DNA from: a virus
Lineage: Duplodnaviria; Caudoviricetes
Length of the DNA: 64,000 bases
Strand: one strand, 5' to 3'
IMG/VR virus record: IMGVR_UViG_3300037067_003053
Location: 57,381-121,380 of that record
In this document: positions 11,478 to 20,823 of the stretch, in pieces
Numbering within the stretch: position 1 is the first letter of the stretch
How the letters are laid out: each line of letters starts with the position of its first letter
The notes under the pieces: generated by a model
The model's database searches: none
Told to the model about the DNA's origin: nothing
The model's input: only the letters and a program-made list of their open reading frames with translations
Program-made: the position numbers and the translations under genes

Positions 11478-11885
11478 TCATTTTTTCCTCTTAATTAAAT
11501 ATCCATTTACTTTTCCAAATTTTAAAGCATCTATAACATTCTTTGTCCATATATCCGCTTTATTTGTATGGCGTTTGTGCATAGTATCGGTAACAACAAA
11601 ATCTTTTATTAAAATAACCGTTATTGTATCACCATAATTAATTTTATTTAAAATAATATCACGAGATAATGCAATTGTTTCATTATTTGGTTTTGTTCCA
11701 TTTGCAGTTATAAACGGAGTATTATCTGTTTGATTTATTTTACTATTATATGCACTAATAATAACATCATAAAAAGTGTTTTTATTTAAAAAAGTAATGT
11801 ATTCTTTATTTGATTGATAAAAAACAAAAATATAAATTATAAACACAATATTTAATAATATAGATATTTTATATCGTATTTTCAT
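11478..11885 (-). CDS. 3D-domain protein (cell-wall lytic transglycosylase-like) with N-terminal membrane anchor
   Basis: SAYNS..NQTD.TPFITANG, IALSRD, DTM...ADIW. Confidence 0.8.
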   Translation of the reverse strand: MKIRYKISILLNIVFIIYIFVFYQSNKEYITFLNKNTFYDVIISAYNSKINQTDNTPFITANGTKPNNETIALSRDIILNKINYGDTITVILIKDFVVTDTMHKRHTNKADIWTKNVIDALKFGKVNGYLIKRKK

Positions 11886-11890
11886 TATAT

Positions 11891-12187
11891 TTATTCCATT
11901 TCCTCTATATCTTGAAGTCTTTCCAATTCCTCATTTATCTTAATCTTTTTTCTTGGTTTTTTTCTTCCTGCACAAAGAAGATATATATTTTTCCAATATT
12001 CGTGACCCTGAGGAGTACAAGCCCATGTCATCAATTCATTTAAATTTGATGACCGATCACGAAATGAAAAACTTTTATCTATCAATGATCGGGCATTTAA
12101 TTCTTTTAAATTTTCAACCGCATCATATTTTTCACGAACGGTTAAACCGTCACAATATGTAATTGAATCAATAATATCTTGCAACAT
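11891..12187 (-). CDS. Small protein with C-terminal EEME tag
   Basis: WACTPQGHEYW motif; ends INEELERLQDIEEME. Confidence 0.8.
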   Translation of the reverse strand: MLQDIIDSITYCDGLTVREKYDAVENLKELNARSLIDKSFSFRDRSSNLNELMTWACTPQGHEYWKNIYLLCAGRKKPRKKIKINEELERLQDIEEME

Positions 12188-12190
12188 AAT

Positions 12191-12508
12191 TTATTCCATC
12201 TCTTCTATATCTTGAAGTTTCTTTAATTTCTCGTTTATTTTTGGGGATTCATCTGATTTTATACCCCACATAAATGGGTTATAAAAAACATAATTTCCTA
12301 TATCAGGACCTTCATTATTAATTGTAGATGTAACAACATATTTTCCTTGTTCATTATCATATTCTAAATTATAAGTCGGCAAATTATCTTTTTCTTTCTG
12401 TTGATTCACATTATTTTCTTCATTATAATCATCTAATCTCCATTCGTCCTGAACGGAAGGTCCCACTGTACCATCATAAGATAAACAAGTCCAATCAATA
12501 TTGCTCAT
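12191..12508 (-). CDS. Small acidic protein with C-terminal EEME tag
   Basis: Ends INEKLKKLQDIEEME; GGAG RBS. Confidence 0.8.
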   Translation of the reverse strand: MSNIDWTCLSYDGTVGPSVQDEWRLDDYNEENNVNQQKEKDNLPTYNLEYDNEQGKYVVTSTINNEGPDIGNYVFYNPFMWGIKSDESPKINEKLKKLQDIEEME

Positions 12509-12516
12509 ATATTCTC

Positions 12517-13881
12517 CTAAAATATATCCTCAGATAAAGCAAGTGTTTTATTATCCCACATCAATTCTATTATTCCTTCGGGTCCGTTTTTTTGCTTTAA
12601 AATACTTATTTCCATCGAATCATCTGCAACTTCTTTTTTGGCCAAATGTTCTCTAAATACTGATAATATTAACCACGAATCTTCTTCAAAAGAACCACAT
12701 CCTTTTAAATCTTCTAAAGTAGGCCGTTTATCTGCCCTTGTTTCTGTTTCTCTTCTTGCTTGGACTATATTGCATATATGTACATCCGCCTCTTCTGCTA
12801 ATTTTTCAACAAAAGATAAACATTTACTAATCATGTTTACTTTATAAGAAGTCTCATTTCTTATTTCTTCAATCCTATCAAATAAATCAATATAAACAAT
12901 ATCTAATCCAAACTTCATTTTTGTATCTAAAACAAATTTACGAATTTCTGGTAAAGAAACCGTACCAGAATGAAAATGAATATTCCAAGAATTAATTTCA
13001 TCGGAGGTCTGTTTTATTTTATTTAAAATTTCTTTTCTTTCTGTTATTATTTTACCATCTACAAATTTAGCCCAATCTTTTATTTTAAGAATTTCTATTA
13101 ACGGAATACCTGTTATAATAGATGTTAATCTATCCATTTCAATATCAAAACCCTGTTCTGGAGTAATATGTAAAACACCAAAATTATTTCTGCATTGATT
13201 AACTGTAAAATTTGCTTTTAATGCGCTTTTACCATGTCGAGTTCTACCAAATATAGTAGAGGTGTGTGTAGGAGAATATCCTAAAGATAATTTTGAATCC
13301 AATGAATTGAAATAAGTTTTAACAAATTTACCAGAAAGTCTTTCAATTAAACCAGACTTTCTTCTTTCAGAAATATTTCCAGAAGAAACTATTTTTTTAT
13401 ATTCTTTATCTTTATCTAAATTTAAAAATTCTGTTAAACCAAGGTTATTTATTTCTTCGGAATTAGCAGATGGTTCGTATGCTTTTTCTATTATTGAATT
13501 ACCAATTAATATCTGTCTTCTTAAATGATATTTTTCTTCTAAAATTTTTATATAATATTGGATGTTGGCTGCAGAAATTGTGGTTTCATATAAACCTGTA
13601 ATAAAATATGCTCCTCCAATCTTTTCTAATATTTTCTCTTTTTTAAGTTCCTCTATTAATAACCCTTCTTCGACAGGTATACCAGATTCATGTAAATGAA
13701 CTTCTGCATTAAAAATCAATCTATTATTTTCTTTATAAAAAAATTCGGGTTTTATTTTAGATATAAACATAGTACAATATTCATAATCTTTTAAAATACT
13801 ACCTATTACTCGTGTTTCAGATTCATCTGAATGTGGTTGAACTTTTACATATTCAATATTAGCCAAATATAATTTCCTCAA
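12517..13881 (-). CDS. dnaB: Replicative DNA helicase DnaB
   Basis: N-terminal PHS.ESE..VIGS, IGGAYF; Walker A GRTRHGKS; IVYID; Q.RR...DKRPTLEDLKGCGSFEED; KQKNGP. Confidence 0.93.
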   Translation of the reverse strand: MRKLYLANIEYVKVQPHSDESETRVIGSILKDYEYCTMFISKIKPEFFYKENNRLIFNAEVHLHESGIPVEEGLLIEELKKEKILEKIGGAYFITGLYETTISAANIQYYIKILEEKYHLRRQILIGNSIIEKAYEPSANSEEINNLGLTEFLNLDKDKEYKKIVSSGNISERRKSGLIERLSGKFVKTYFNSLDSKLSLGYSPTHTSTIFGRTRHGKSALKANFTVNQCRNNFGVLHITPEQGFDIEMDRLTSIITGIPLIEILKIKDWAKFVDGKIITERKEILNKIKQTSDEINSWNIHFHSGTVSLPEIRKFVLDTKMKFGLDIVYIDLFDRIEEIRNETSYKVNMISKCLSFVEKLAEEADVHICNIVQARRETETRADKRPTLEDLKGCGSFEEDSWLILSVFREHLAKKEVADDSMEISILKQKNGPEGIIELMWDNKTLALSEDIF

Positions 13882-14374
13882 TATCTAATATCAATGAACC
13901 AAAACTAAAAGCGTTGTATTTTTTTAATAGTTCCTCATTTAGATTTCCATTACTAATTAAAATTAATGGTGTTTTTTTCAAAATCAAATTAGAAATAAAT
14001 GTTGAAATATACCCCATTTCAAATGAATTGGATGCTTCATCAAATCCGTCAAAAACGATTATACTTCCTTCTTTCCATGTTTCTATTTGTTTGTTTAAGG
14101 AAAAAGAAGGAGATTGTATACAAACTTCAACAAATTGAAATTTTTGAATATAATAAGGCGGATATTTTGATTTATTTTTTGTTATAAAATCTATTGCAAA
14201 GGACAACGCAACATATTTTGCAACCTTTCTCATTATTAATGAACTACATTTAAAATGTAATGGTTTTGGATTATCTAAATAACTTGATAAAATAGGATAA
14301 TTTTTATTATAATCCAATTTTTTAAAATCTGGAAACCCACTATATTGTAATAAATATTCTACGCGAGAAATCAT
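13859..14374 (-). CDS. Degenerate DnaC/IstB-like helicase loader
   Basis: Directly upstream of dnaB; Walker-B-like IIVFDGFDE and sensor-like PLILISN; no clear Walker A. Confidence 0.45.
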   Translation of the reverse strand: MISRVEYLLQYSGFPDFKKLDYNKNYPILSSYLDNPKPLHFKCSSLIMRKVAKYVALSFAIDFITKNKSKYPPYYIQKFQFVEVCIQSPSFSLNKQIETWKEGSIIVFDGFDEASNSFEMGYISTFISNLILKKTPLILISNGNLNEELLKKYNAFSFGSLILDIEEIIFG

Positions 14375-14379
14375 TATAT

Positions 14380-14691
14380 TTATTCCATTTCCTCTATATC
14401 CTGAAGTTTTTTTAATTTTTCATTTATTTTTAGTTTTTTATTTGATTTTAAATCTATAACACCATATTCTTTAATATGTCTATTAATATTTTCCCAATAT
14501 ATACCTCCTTATGGAGTATGTTCCCATATCATAAGGAAAAGCAAATTATCCGTAGTTTCATCAAAGCATAATCCTCTATTATCTATTTTAGATAGTTCTT
14601 CTATTTCTCTTAAATGATTAACCGCCACTATTTTGTCTAATCCAGATAAACCATCACAATTATAAATAGAATTAATAATATTTTGTAACAT
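14380..14691 (-). pseudogene. Paralogue of 11891-12187 interrupted by an in-frame TAA at 14509-14511; carries the EEME tag
   Basis: Reads WEHTP*GGIYWENIN...KINEKLKKLQDIEEME in one frame; the paralogue has Gln (TPQG) at the stop position. Confidence 0.85.
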
Positions 14692-14694
14692 ATG

Positions 14695-14949
14695 TTATTC
14701 CATTTCTTCTATGTCTTGTTTTTTCATAAGTTCTTTATTAATTTGAGGAGTAATATTGTCATCATTACAAATATTATAAATTTTATTTCCAAATGACCAT
14801 TTAAAAAACTCAAGATCGGGATCAACTTGAAAAAACCCGTTTTCTACACTATAAATAACTGTTTTATAATTTTCATGTGAAATTATAACGTCTTTTTTAT
14901 TATAAAATTCGCTATCTCGAACATCACGATAATCTTTAACCATAATCAA
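14695..14949 (-). CDS. Small protein with C-terminal EEME tag
   Basis: Ends INKELMKKQDIEEME. Confidence 0.78.
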   Translation of the reverse strand: MIMVKDYRDVRDSEFYNKKDVIISHENYKTVIYSVENGFFQVDPDLEFFKWSFGNKIYNICNDDNITPQINKELMKKQDIEEME

Positions 14950-15622
14950 TTTACTTTTTCTTGTACCAATTTTTAATTCAATCCGATTATTTATTTCTAT
15001 TTTCTTTCATGGAATTCTGATTATTTGATAATAATTTATTATGTTTAACCGCACGAACAGCTCTTTTTATTGTTTTTATATTTATTGTTCCTTTTTTGGA
15101 TGCAGCATGAACGACACGTTTTTTTAAACGATTATCTTTATATTCAAAATTGTCACAAAAACACGTAAATGCATTTACCACAGGATACCATGCTTCGACC
15201 GGTTCTCCATCCAACCAATGTAACCAATGCATAACACCCATGCTCGGATTTCTACATTCGCCTTCATCTTCATTATATTCATCAACGTGTTTATAGTGTA
15301 AACATTCATTACATCGTTTAGATAATGTATCCATATAATTTCCTTTAATTTTAGATTAGATTGACTTAATGTGTAATTTTTTTCCACAGTAAAGACACTC
15401 ATCCCATTCATAACTTTCTCCATAAGGATGGGTATTAAATTCTTTTTTATGATTAGTTTGTCTGTGTTTGCATGTTTTTCTTGTTATTTCGCCAATTGCA
15501 TCTAACATTTCTTCAACCTCATCAAAACCAAAGTACATTCCTGTTTTAATTCTTTGGCATTCAATTAATTTTTGTTTTAATTCATTTGTTATGTACATAT
15601 ATCTCCTTTATTTAAAAATCTT

Positions 15623-15707
15623 TGGGCTACCGGAAGGATTTGAACCTTCACTCTTCCTATTCAGTTTTCACCGAAATCGGAACTGCTAATCATTGCACCA
15701 CGGTAGC
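15623..15707 (-). ncRNA. tRNA-like RNA with elongated anticodon arm (tRNA-Arg(UCG)-like with ~10-nt insert)
   Basis: Acceptor GCTACCG/CGGTAGC; T arm GAAGG-TTCAAAT-CCTTC; anticodon region TTCC-GAT-TTCGGT-GAAA-ACTGAA-TA-GGAA. Confidence 0.7.
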
Positions 15708-15713
15708 TTTTTT

Positions 15714-15851
15714 CTGCGCGGGTCGGGCTTGAGTACCGACTATGATGACCCCTGATAACTCGTTGCTTTATCATTCGTGCCCCTATCCCTGTTGGCCAGC
15801 GAAGGGTATCATTCCTAACGGCTAAACTGTGTCCATCCACGTCGCCGCGCA
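15714..15851 (-). ncRNA. tRNA-like RNA (~138 nt) with multi-hairpin insert
   Basis: Acceptor TGCGCGG/CCGCGCA; D-like GTG-GATGGA-CAC; T-like GTCGG...CCGAC; internal hairpins CCCT/AGGG and TGATAA/TTATCA. Confidence 0.6.
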
Positions 15852-15921
15852 TATTATTCCCGCCTTTTTGACTTTTGAAATTGAACAGTAATTAACATTG
15901 ACGGGAAATTTCAAAAAGCAA

Positions 15922-15962
15922 TATAATATACAAAATATTAATTCAAAAGTCAAGATAAATCT
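15922..15962 (-). promoter_or_regulatory. sigma70-type promoter copy 2, upstream of the tRNA-like RNA pair
   Basis: AGATTTATC-TTGACT-17nt-TATATT. Confidence 0.82.
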
Positions 15963-16292
15963 TTATTCAAAATTTTCTATAAATCCTTTTCCATCACATC
16001 TATCACATTTAATACCATAATCATCATATAATGCCGTCGTTTCTGAAAAATATTTACCTCTTCCTCCACATTGTGAGCAATTTATATAATTATGCTTTTT
16101 TATAATTTTTTCTGTGGGTTGTATTCGATGCCAACATTTTAGTTTTCTACAAAATGGGGGGACTGCAATAATCAAACCAATCGTATATTAAAACTTCATC
16201 TTTTATTCGTTTAATAATTTTATTTAAAGTACCATCCGAATTACAAAAAAGTATTAATTTTTCATCTTTTGAAAAGTTTTTCATAATTTATC

Positions 16293-17057
16293 CTACTTAA
16301 AATACGTTGTTAGTAAATCAATTAATAATTCATTTACTGTTTTATAATTTGGTTTATCTGGTAAAACAGATTTATCTTTTATATCTTCCATATCTTTAAA
16401 CAATCTATTTGCTTCATTTTTTACTTGTTCTAATGTCCACAAACCTTTTTTAATTTCAATTAATTTACTTTTATTTTTTCTAAAAACATTTACTTGTCCC
16501 GTTTTTAGAAATTCTATTCCCATTTCCAAAAGTCTAATTAAATGGGAAGCATTAGAACAATCAAATCCCCATTTATAAATTAATTCTTTTCTTTTTTCGC
16601 CCATATATCCTTGTGTACTACCATGTTCCATTCTTTTTAATTGAGAATATGCATATCCACAAAAAGAATTATATGCCAATTTAGAACTAAATAAATCTCG
16701 ATTTTTAATTAATTCATCACCAATGAGTGTTTTTCTTAAATATAAATCTTCTGGCAACCAAAGCAACCCAAGAACATTTGGATTATTTTTTAATAAAAGA
16801 AATACAAATTTTCTTATGTCATATAACACAACATCCCAATATTTTTTTTGTAAAACCAGAGTATTTCTACTTCCAAATTCTTTTAATCCAAAGAAATAAT
16901 CAATTGGCGGAACAATAATTCCCATAACATCTTTATCGTCAATATAATTTGGAATATATGTTCCATGAGAAATAGACCCAACATATCCTAAAATAATAGA
17001 ATGGTTAAATAAATCAAAATCTTTATTTTCTGTTAATAATTCATTTAAAATTCTCAT
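16293..17057 (-). CDS. Pol-beta-superfamily nucleotidyltransferase (RlaP/YcgL-like)
   Basis: GSISHGT...DDKDVMGI, KNNPNVL, GYAYSQLKR, HLIRLL. Confidence 0.82.
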   Translation of the reverse strand: MRILNELLTENKDFDLFNHSIILGYVGSISHGTYIPNYIDDKDVMGIIVPPIDYFFGLKEFGSRNTLVLQKKYWDVVLYDIRKFVFLLLKNNPNVLGLLWLPEDLYLRKTLIGDELIKNRDLFSSKLAYNSFCGYAYSQLKRMEHGSTQGYMGEKRKELIYKWGFDCSNASHLIRLLEMGIEFLKTGQVNVFRKNKSKLIEIKKGLWTLEQVKNEANRLFKDMEDIKDKSVLPDKPNYKTVNELLIDLLTTYFK

Positions 17058-17720
17058 AATTTATCTCAGGGTTAAATCTATAAACATTTTAAATCTATCA
17101 TATTGATGTTTTTTCATATTTTTTATTTTTGTTTGTGCATTTTTAAAAGAAGAAGCCTCAACAAAAATGGTTTCTGTATTTAATCTCCAAACATTATAAT
17201 CAACTTCATGTTCATAAGCATATTGAATATAAAAATATTTTTCACTCATTTTTAATCTCCGGTTCTTATCGCCGTTTTTCAATGGTTTTATTTCTTTTAT
17301 AAAGTCATATAAATTATTAAACTCTTGTAACATTTTTTTTCTGGCCAATAATTCCTGTTCTTTATCCGTTAAATATTGGTCTTGATCCTCTGACATATAC
17401 AACATGTAAAAACAATTTATCCAATCATCTACGGTTTTTATATTTGCTTCTTTATTCCAACCCACAATAAAAAAACAAACCTTTAATTCTAAAGATAAAT
17501 TCTTTTTATTCACCTTAAATTCACGCCATCTAATTGTATATTTCATCTTTTTCTCTATTAGTCATAATATTCTTGACTTTCTTGATTTTGTTTTTCTAAT
17601 AAACAATCATGCCCATCGTCTTTATAGGCATCAATCTTTTCACAGATTGGACAAATTTGAATTATGGAATTTAGTGGTTTTAATTCGTTGATTTCGTGGG
17701 TTAGTTTCATCTCTTCTTTT

Positions 17721-18083
17721 CTAATTTTTGATATTACCATAATTAATTTCCTTCGTTAGTCGCGGCTCTACTCTATGCCAGGATTTTACATATTCATCCG
17801 TGTCTGCATTTATATCACATATTAAATTATCAATATCATCCCTCGGACAATTTGGTAATCCTAAAAACGCACAATCAGCGCAGCCCCATTGATGCGCCAT
17901 ATCCCATTTATATTTAACGCCTTCGATAGTTATTTCTTCTATTTTTCCATCACTTCTTTCAGCCGGTATAACCATAGCGTCCACCTGACGCTGTGAGCTG
18001 TTGATAAATTCAAATAAATCATCATACGATAATCCTTGTTCGCGCCATTTGTCCATATAATCATCAAAGTCTTTTCTTTTCAT
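17721..18083 (-). CDS. Hypothetical Cys-containing protein that starts inside the attC loop
   Basis: ORF with AGGA RBS; CADCAF..C motif. Confidence 0.65.
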   Translation of the reverse strand: MKRKDFDDYMDKWREQGLSYDDLFEFINSSQRQVDAMVIPAERSDGKIEEITIEGVKYKWDMAHQWGCADCAFLGLPNCPRDDIDNLICDINADTDEYVKSWHRVEPRLTKEINYGNIKN

Positions 18084-18128
18084 ATCATTATCCTTTCCAT
18101 TCGCGCAGGTGACGCATCCTCGTTAGGC
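17966..18128 (+). mobile_element. Integron attC recombination site
   Basis: R'' GTATAAC, 5-nt spacer, L'' CGT(C)CACC, TG(A)CGC ... GCGCA, L' GGTGACG, 7-nt spacer, R' GTTAGGC; both extrahelical bases sit in canonical positions. Confidence 0.75.
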
Positions 18129-18156
18129 TTTTTTTAAATCATGTTCCCGCAATCTT

Positions 18157-18219
18157 TCAAGTATTTCCACACATTTGTCTATTAAACTTATCCCATGCTC
18201 TAAATTTAATCTCTCTCAT
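18157..18219 (-). pseudogene. Truncated YopX-family gene stub
   Basis: MREIKFRAWDKFNRQMCGNT* after an AGGAG RBS; MREIKFRAWD is the YopX N-terminal signature. Confidence 0.7.
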
Positions 18220-18540
18220 ATAATCTCCTTTGTTAAAAATCATTGGGGTATCTTGGTAAACTATATTAAGGCTCTGTAGTAATAGTAGCGATATGTGTTG
18301 TCAAATCCATCTTCTTGACTTCCGATACAATTTCCAACCTTAAAAGCATTTATGTCAATCGGGTTATATGCACCATCCCTTGTTTTTACACATAAGTCCC
18401 CAATTTTCGCTCCTGCATATTCTTCTTCTTCATCAATTTCTTCAACAATCCACCAGCCTCTATGTCTACGTCCAATTGTTTCTGGATTAATACCAAATTT
18501 TTCAAATACTTCTTCTTTTGTCATTTTAATTTCTCCTTTG

Positions 18541-19467
18541 TTAATTTTGTGAGTTATTGATAGTATTTGAATCTTCACTATCCAATAATATCCTATTTCC
18601 TATTCTCCAAGATTCTTCCGGTTTTAATAAATCTTCATTAAATAAATCATTAAAATTAATATCTTTTATCCCAACCAATCTATTTTCAACTTCTTTTAGG
18701 ATTTTAAAATACATAGCATTTTTATTTTTAGGCGGAATAAAAATATATTTATTATTTAATATATCAAAATATCCATATTCAGATATATCTTGTTTTTCTC
18801 CAAAAAAATTTATAACAGGAATATTTTCTTTAGATTGTTCTAAAATTTTATTTTCCCTAAGATATTTTTCAACCAAACTTGTTTTTTTATTTAAGAAAAT
18901 AAGATAAACATCGGTTGTTTTCCCAATACTTTTAAAATATTCATTATCCAACGCACTCAATAAAATTGCAAGCACATCTTTTGGAGATAAAACTTCTTTG
19001 TATTGAGAAACCACTTGCATAAGAGCAAAAATAAGATTGGCTTTAAATTTTGAATGAATAAATTTCCCATAACCCCGTTTTATAAGTTCCTCAATATAAG
19101 GTTCGACAACCAAATGTCTTAATTTTTTAGAGATATTGCTCTTAGTAATAGAGATTTTATTGGGCTGTTCAATTTCACCCCCCAATGGTTTAAAAGGTTT
19201 AGAAATATATTCTTCTAAAAAAGAGGAATATATTTTTAGTTCCTCAAAATCAGGCATCAAATTTAAAATTTCTTCCAGAGAGGTTTTTAAAGCAAATTCT
19301 TTTATTGAGAATAAAATAGTTAAATCTTCCCACCTTGGTAATTTTCCCTGTTCAATTCTAAAATTCAAAATTTTAAATAAAAAAGACAAAGAATTTGGGG
19401 ATAAATATAATAGTTTTTGAAAAATTTCTATATCAAACTCAATTTTATTTTCTTTAAAATTTATCAT
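18541..19467 (-). CDS. Hypothetical protein (308 aa), possibly replication-related
   Basis: Long ORF directly downstream of the 19469-19584 repeat element; no recognisable motif. Confidence 0.6.
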   Translation of the reverse strand: MINFKENKIEFDIEIFQKLLYLSPNSLSFLFKILNFRIEQGKLPRWEDLTILFSIKEFALKTSLEEILNLMPDFEELKIYSSFLEEYISKPFKPLGGEIEQPNKISITKSNISKKLRHLVVEPYIEELIKRGYGKFIHSKFKANLIFALMQVVSQYKEVLSPKDVLAILLSALDNEYFKSIGKTTDVYLIFLNKKTSLVEKYLRENKILEQSKENIPVINFFGEKQDISEYGYFDILNNKYIFIPPKNKNAMYFKILKEVENRLVGIKDINFNDLFNEDLLKPEESWRIGNRILLDSEDSNTINNSQN

Positions 19468-19468
19468 C

Positions 19469-19584
19469 GCGATTCTTATTAAAAGTAATAGTAATTACTT
19501 TTAAATATATCCCATATAATTTATATTTATATTAATAATATATTTATATATACATATTATTCTTTCTTTGGTTCTTTCTTTCTT
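19469..19584 (+). repeat. Dispersed ~115-bp element, copy 1
   Basis: GCGATTCTTA, palindrome TTAAAAGTAAT-AGTA-ATTACTTTTAA, AT tract, TTCTTTCTTTGGTTCTTTCTTTCTT; second copy at 49925-50045. Confidence 0.85.
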
Positions 19585-20070
19585 AAACATTGTTTTATTC
19601 GCCCACCGGATTTACCAATTCAAAATCAACAATAATATCTTTTGAAATCTTTTTAACACCCTCAATTGTTAGTGATATTGAAAAGAAATATTTTGCGCTA
19701 TCAGGATTGATATTTTGTTTTAAACATTCTTCAAAAACCAAATCTCTAATAGAGTCTGAAATAAATTCAAATGTCTTTGTGAACTCATTTCGGTTCCAAG
19801 TAGTTTTTAAAGATGCCGATTCTTCTAATTCCGAAAATTCCACATTTTTTTTAATTTTAATTAAATTTTTCATACCCTCTTTCCTATTTCTCGGTTTATT
19901 TCATTAACAAATTTCTTTAATTTTACCAAAGATGTTACAATAATATTTACATTTTTTTCTAAATTAAAAACTCTTATAAAGAGAACAATGATTAAAATAA
20001 ATTCCAATAAATCCGAAATTATTCTTGCCATTTTACACCTTCATTTAATTAAACAATAATCGTTTCACAC

Positions 20071-20111
20071 TATAATATACGAAATTTAAACTTAAAAGTC
20101 AAGAGAAATCT
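20071..20111 (-). promoter_or_regulatory. sigma70-type promoter copy 3
   Basis: AGATTTCTC-TTGACT-17nt-TATATT. Confidence 0.82.
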
Positions 20112-20746
20112 CAAATATATTTTGTTATTATAACTGATATATTATGTTATAATAACGTTATAACTGTATTATAATAGTATTAAATAAGTATAAACAAATG
20201 AGTTTTATAAAATAATACATAAACATTATTTTATAATTGCTTGCAATTTACTTATTGACATCTTTATAAAAAGTCCTTTTTAATATTTTACAATAAACTA
20301 TGTTCATGTTTTCAATATAAATGCCTTTTGGGCAATCTTTACATGATTTTACAAAAATAGTAATGTTTTCATCCATATTATTTCTCCGATCTTAATATTT
20401 TTTCTCTATAAAATGCATGATATATATTACATAGATAAGATTTAACTATATCTGGTAAGTTAGAAGTTTGAACTGATTTTTTATGATGTTGCAGCCACAT
20501 ATTACCCATACAATTTTTAAATTTTGAATCTTTAAGTTTTGTTATATTTTTAAGACCAGTTGTGAATCTTTCAAAATAATCTCCAACCTTTTTAGAATAA
20601 TATGCATTTTCTTTTTCTTGCATAATATTATATAATGAAATAGAAGATTTAAATTTTCCATAAGTATGAATATTTTCTACAATATAATCATTTTTTAATT
20701 TTATCATATATATCCTTATTATTTTCTATTTTTAATTAAATTTTTG

Positions 20747-20817
20747 CTCACGAGCCCAGATTTGAACTGGGAACTAATGATTAACAGTCATTTGTGATAC
20801 CATTTCACCACCCATGA
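20747..20817 (-). tRNA. tRNA-Asn(GTT)
   Basis: TCATGGG/CTCGTGA acceptor; AATGA-CT-GTT-AA-TCATT; CCCAG-TTCAAAT-CTGGG. Confidence 0.92.
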
Positions 20818-20823
20818 ATAATA

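Noticed and set aside
17558-17740. Possible ninth EEME-tagged protein (ends LLEKQNQESQEYYD); also 42973-43203 (ends LNEIMEDV)
   Set aside because: Only partial resemblance; both lack the Q[DN][IL]EE[ML]x-stop register.
20120-20180. GTTATAAC-like short palindromes upstream of promoter copy 3
   Set aside because: Very AT-rich and irregularly spaced; cannot be distinguished from chance by eye.
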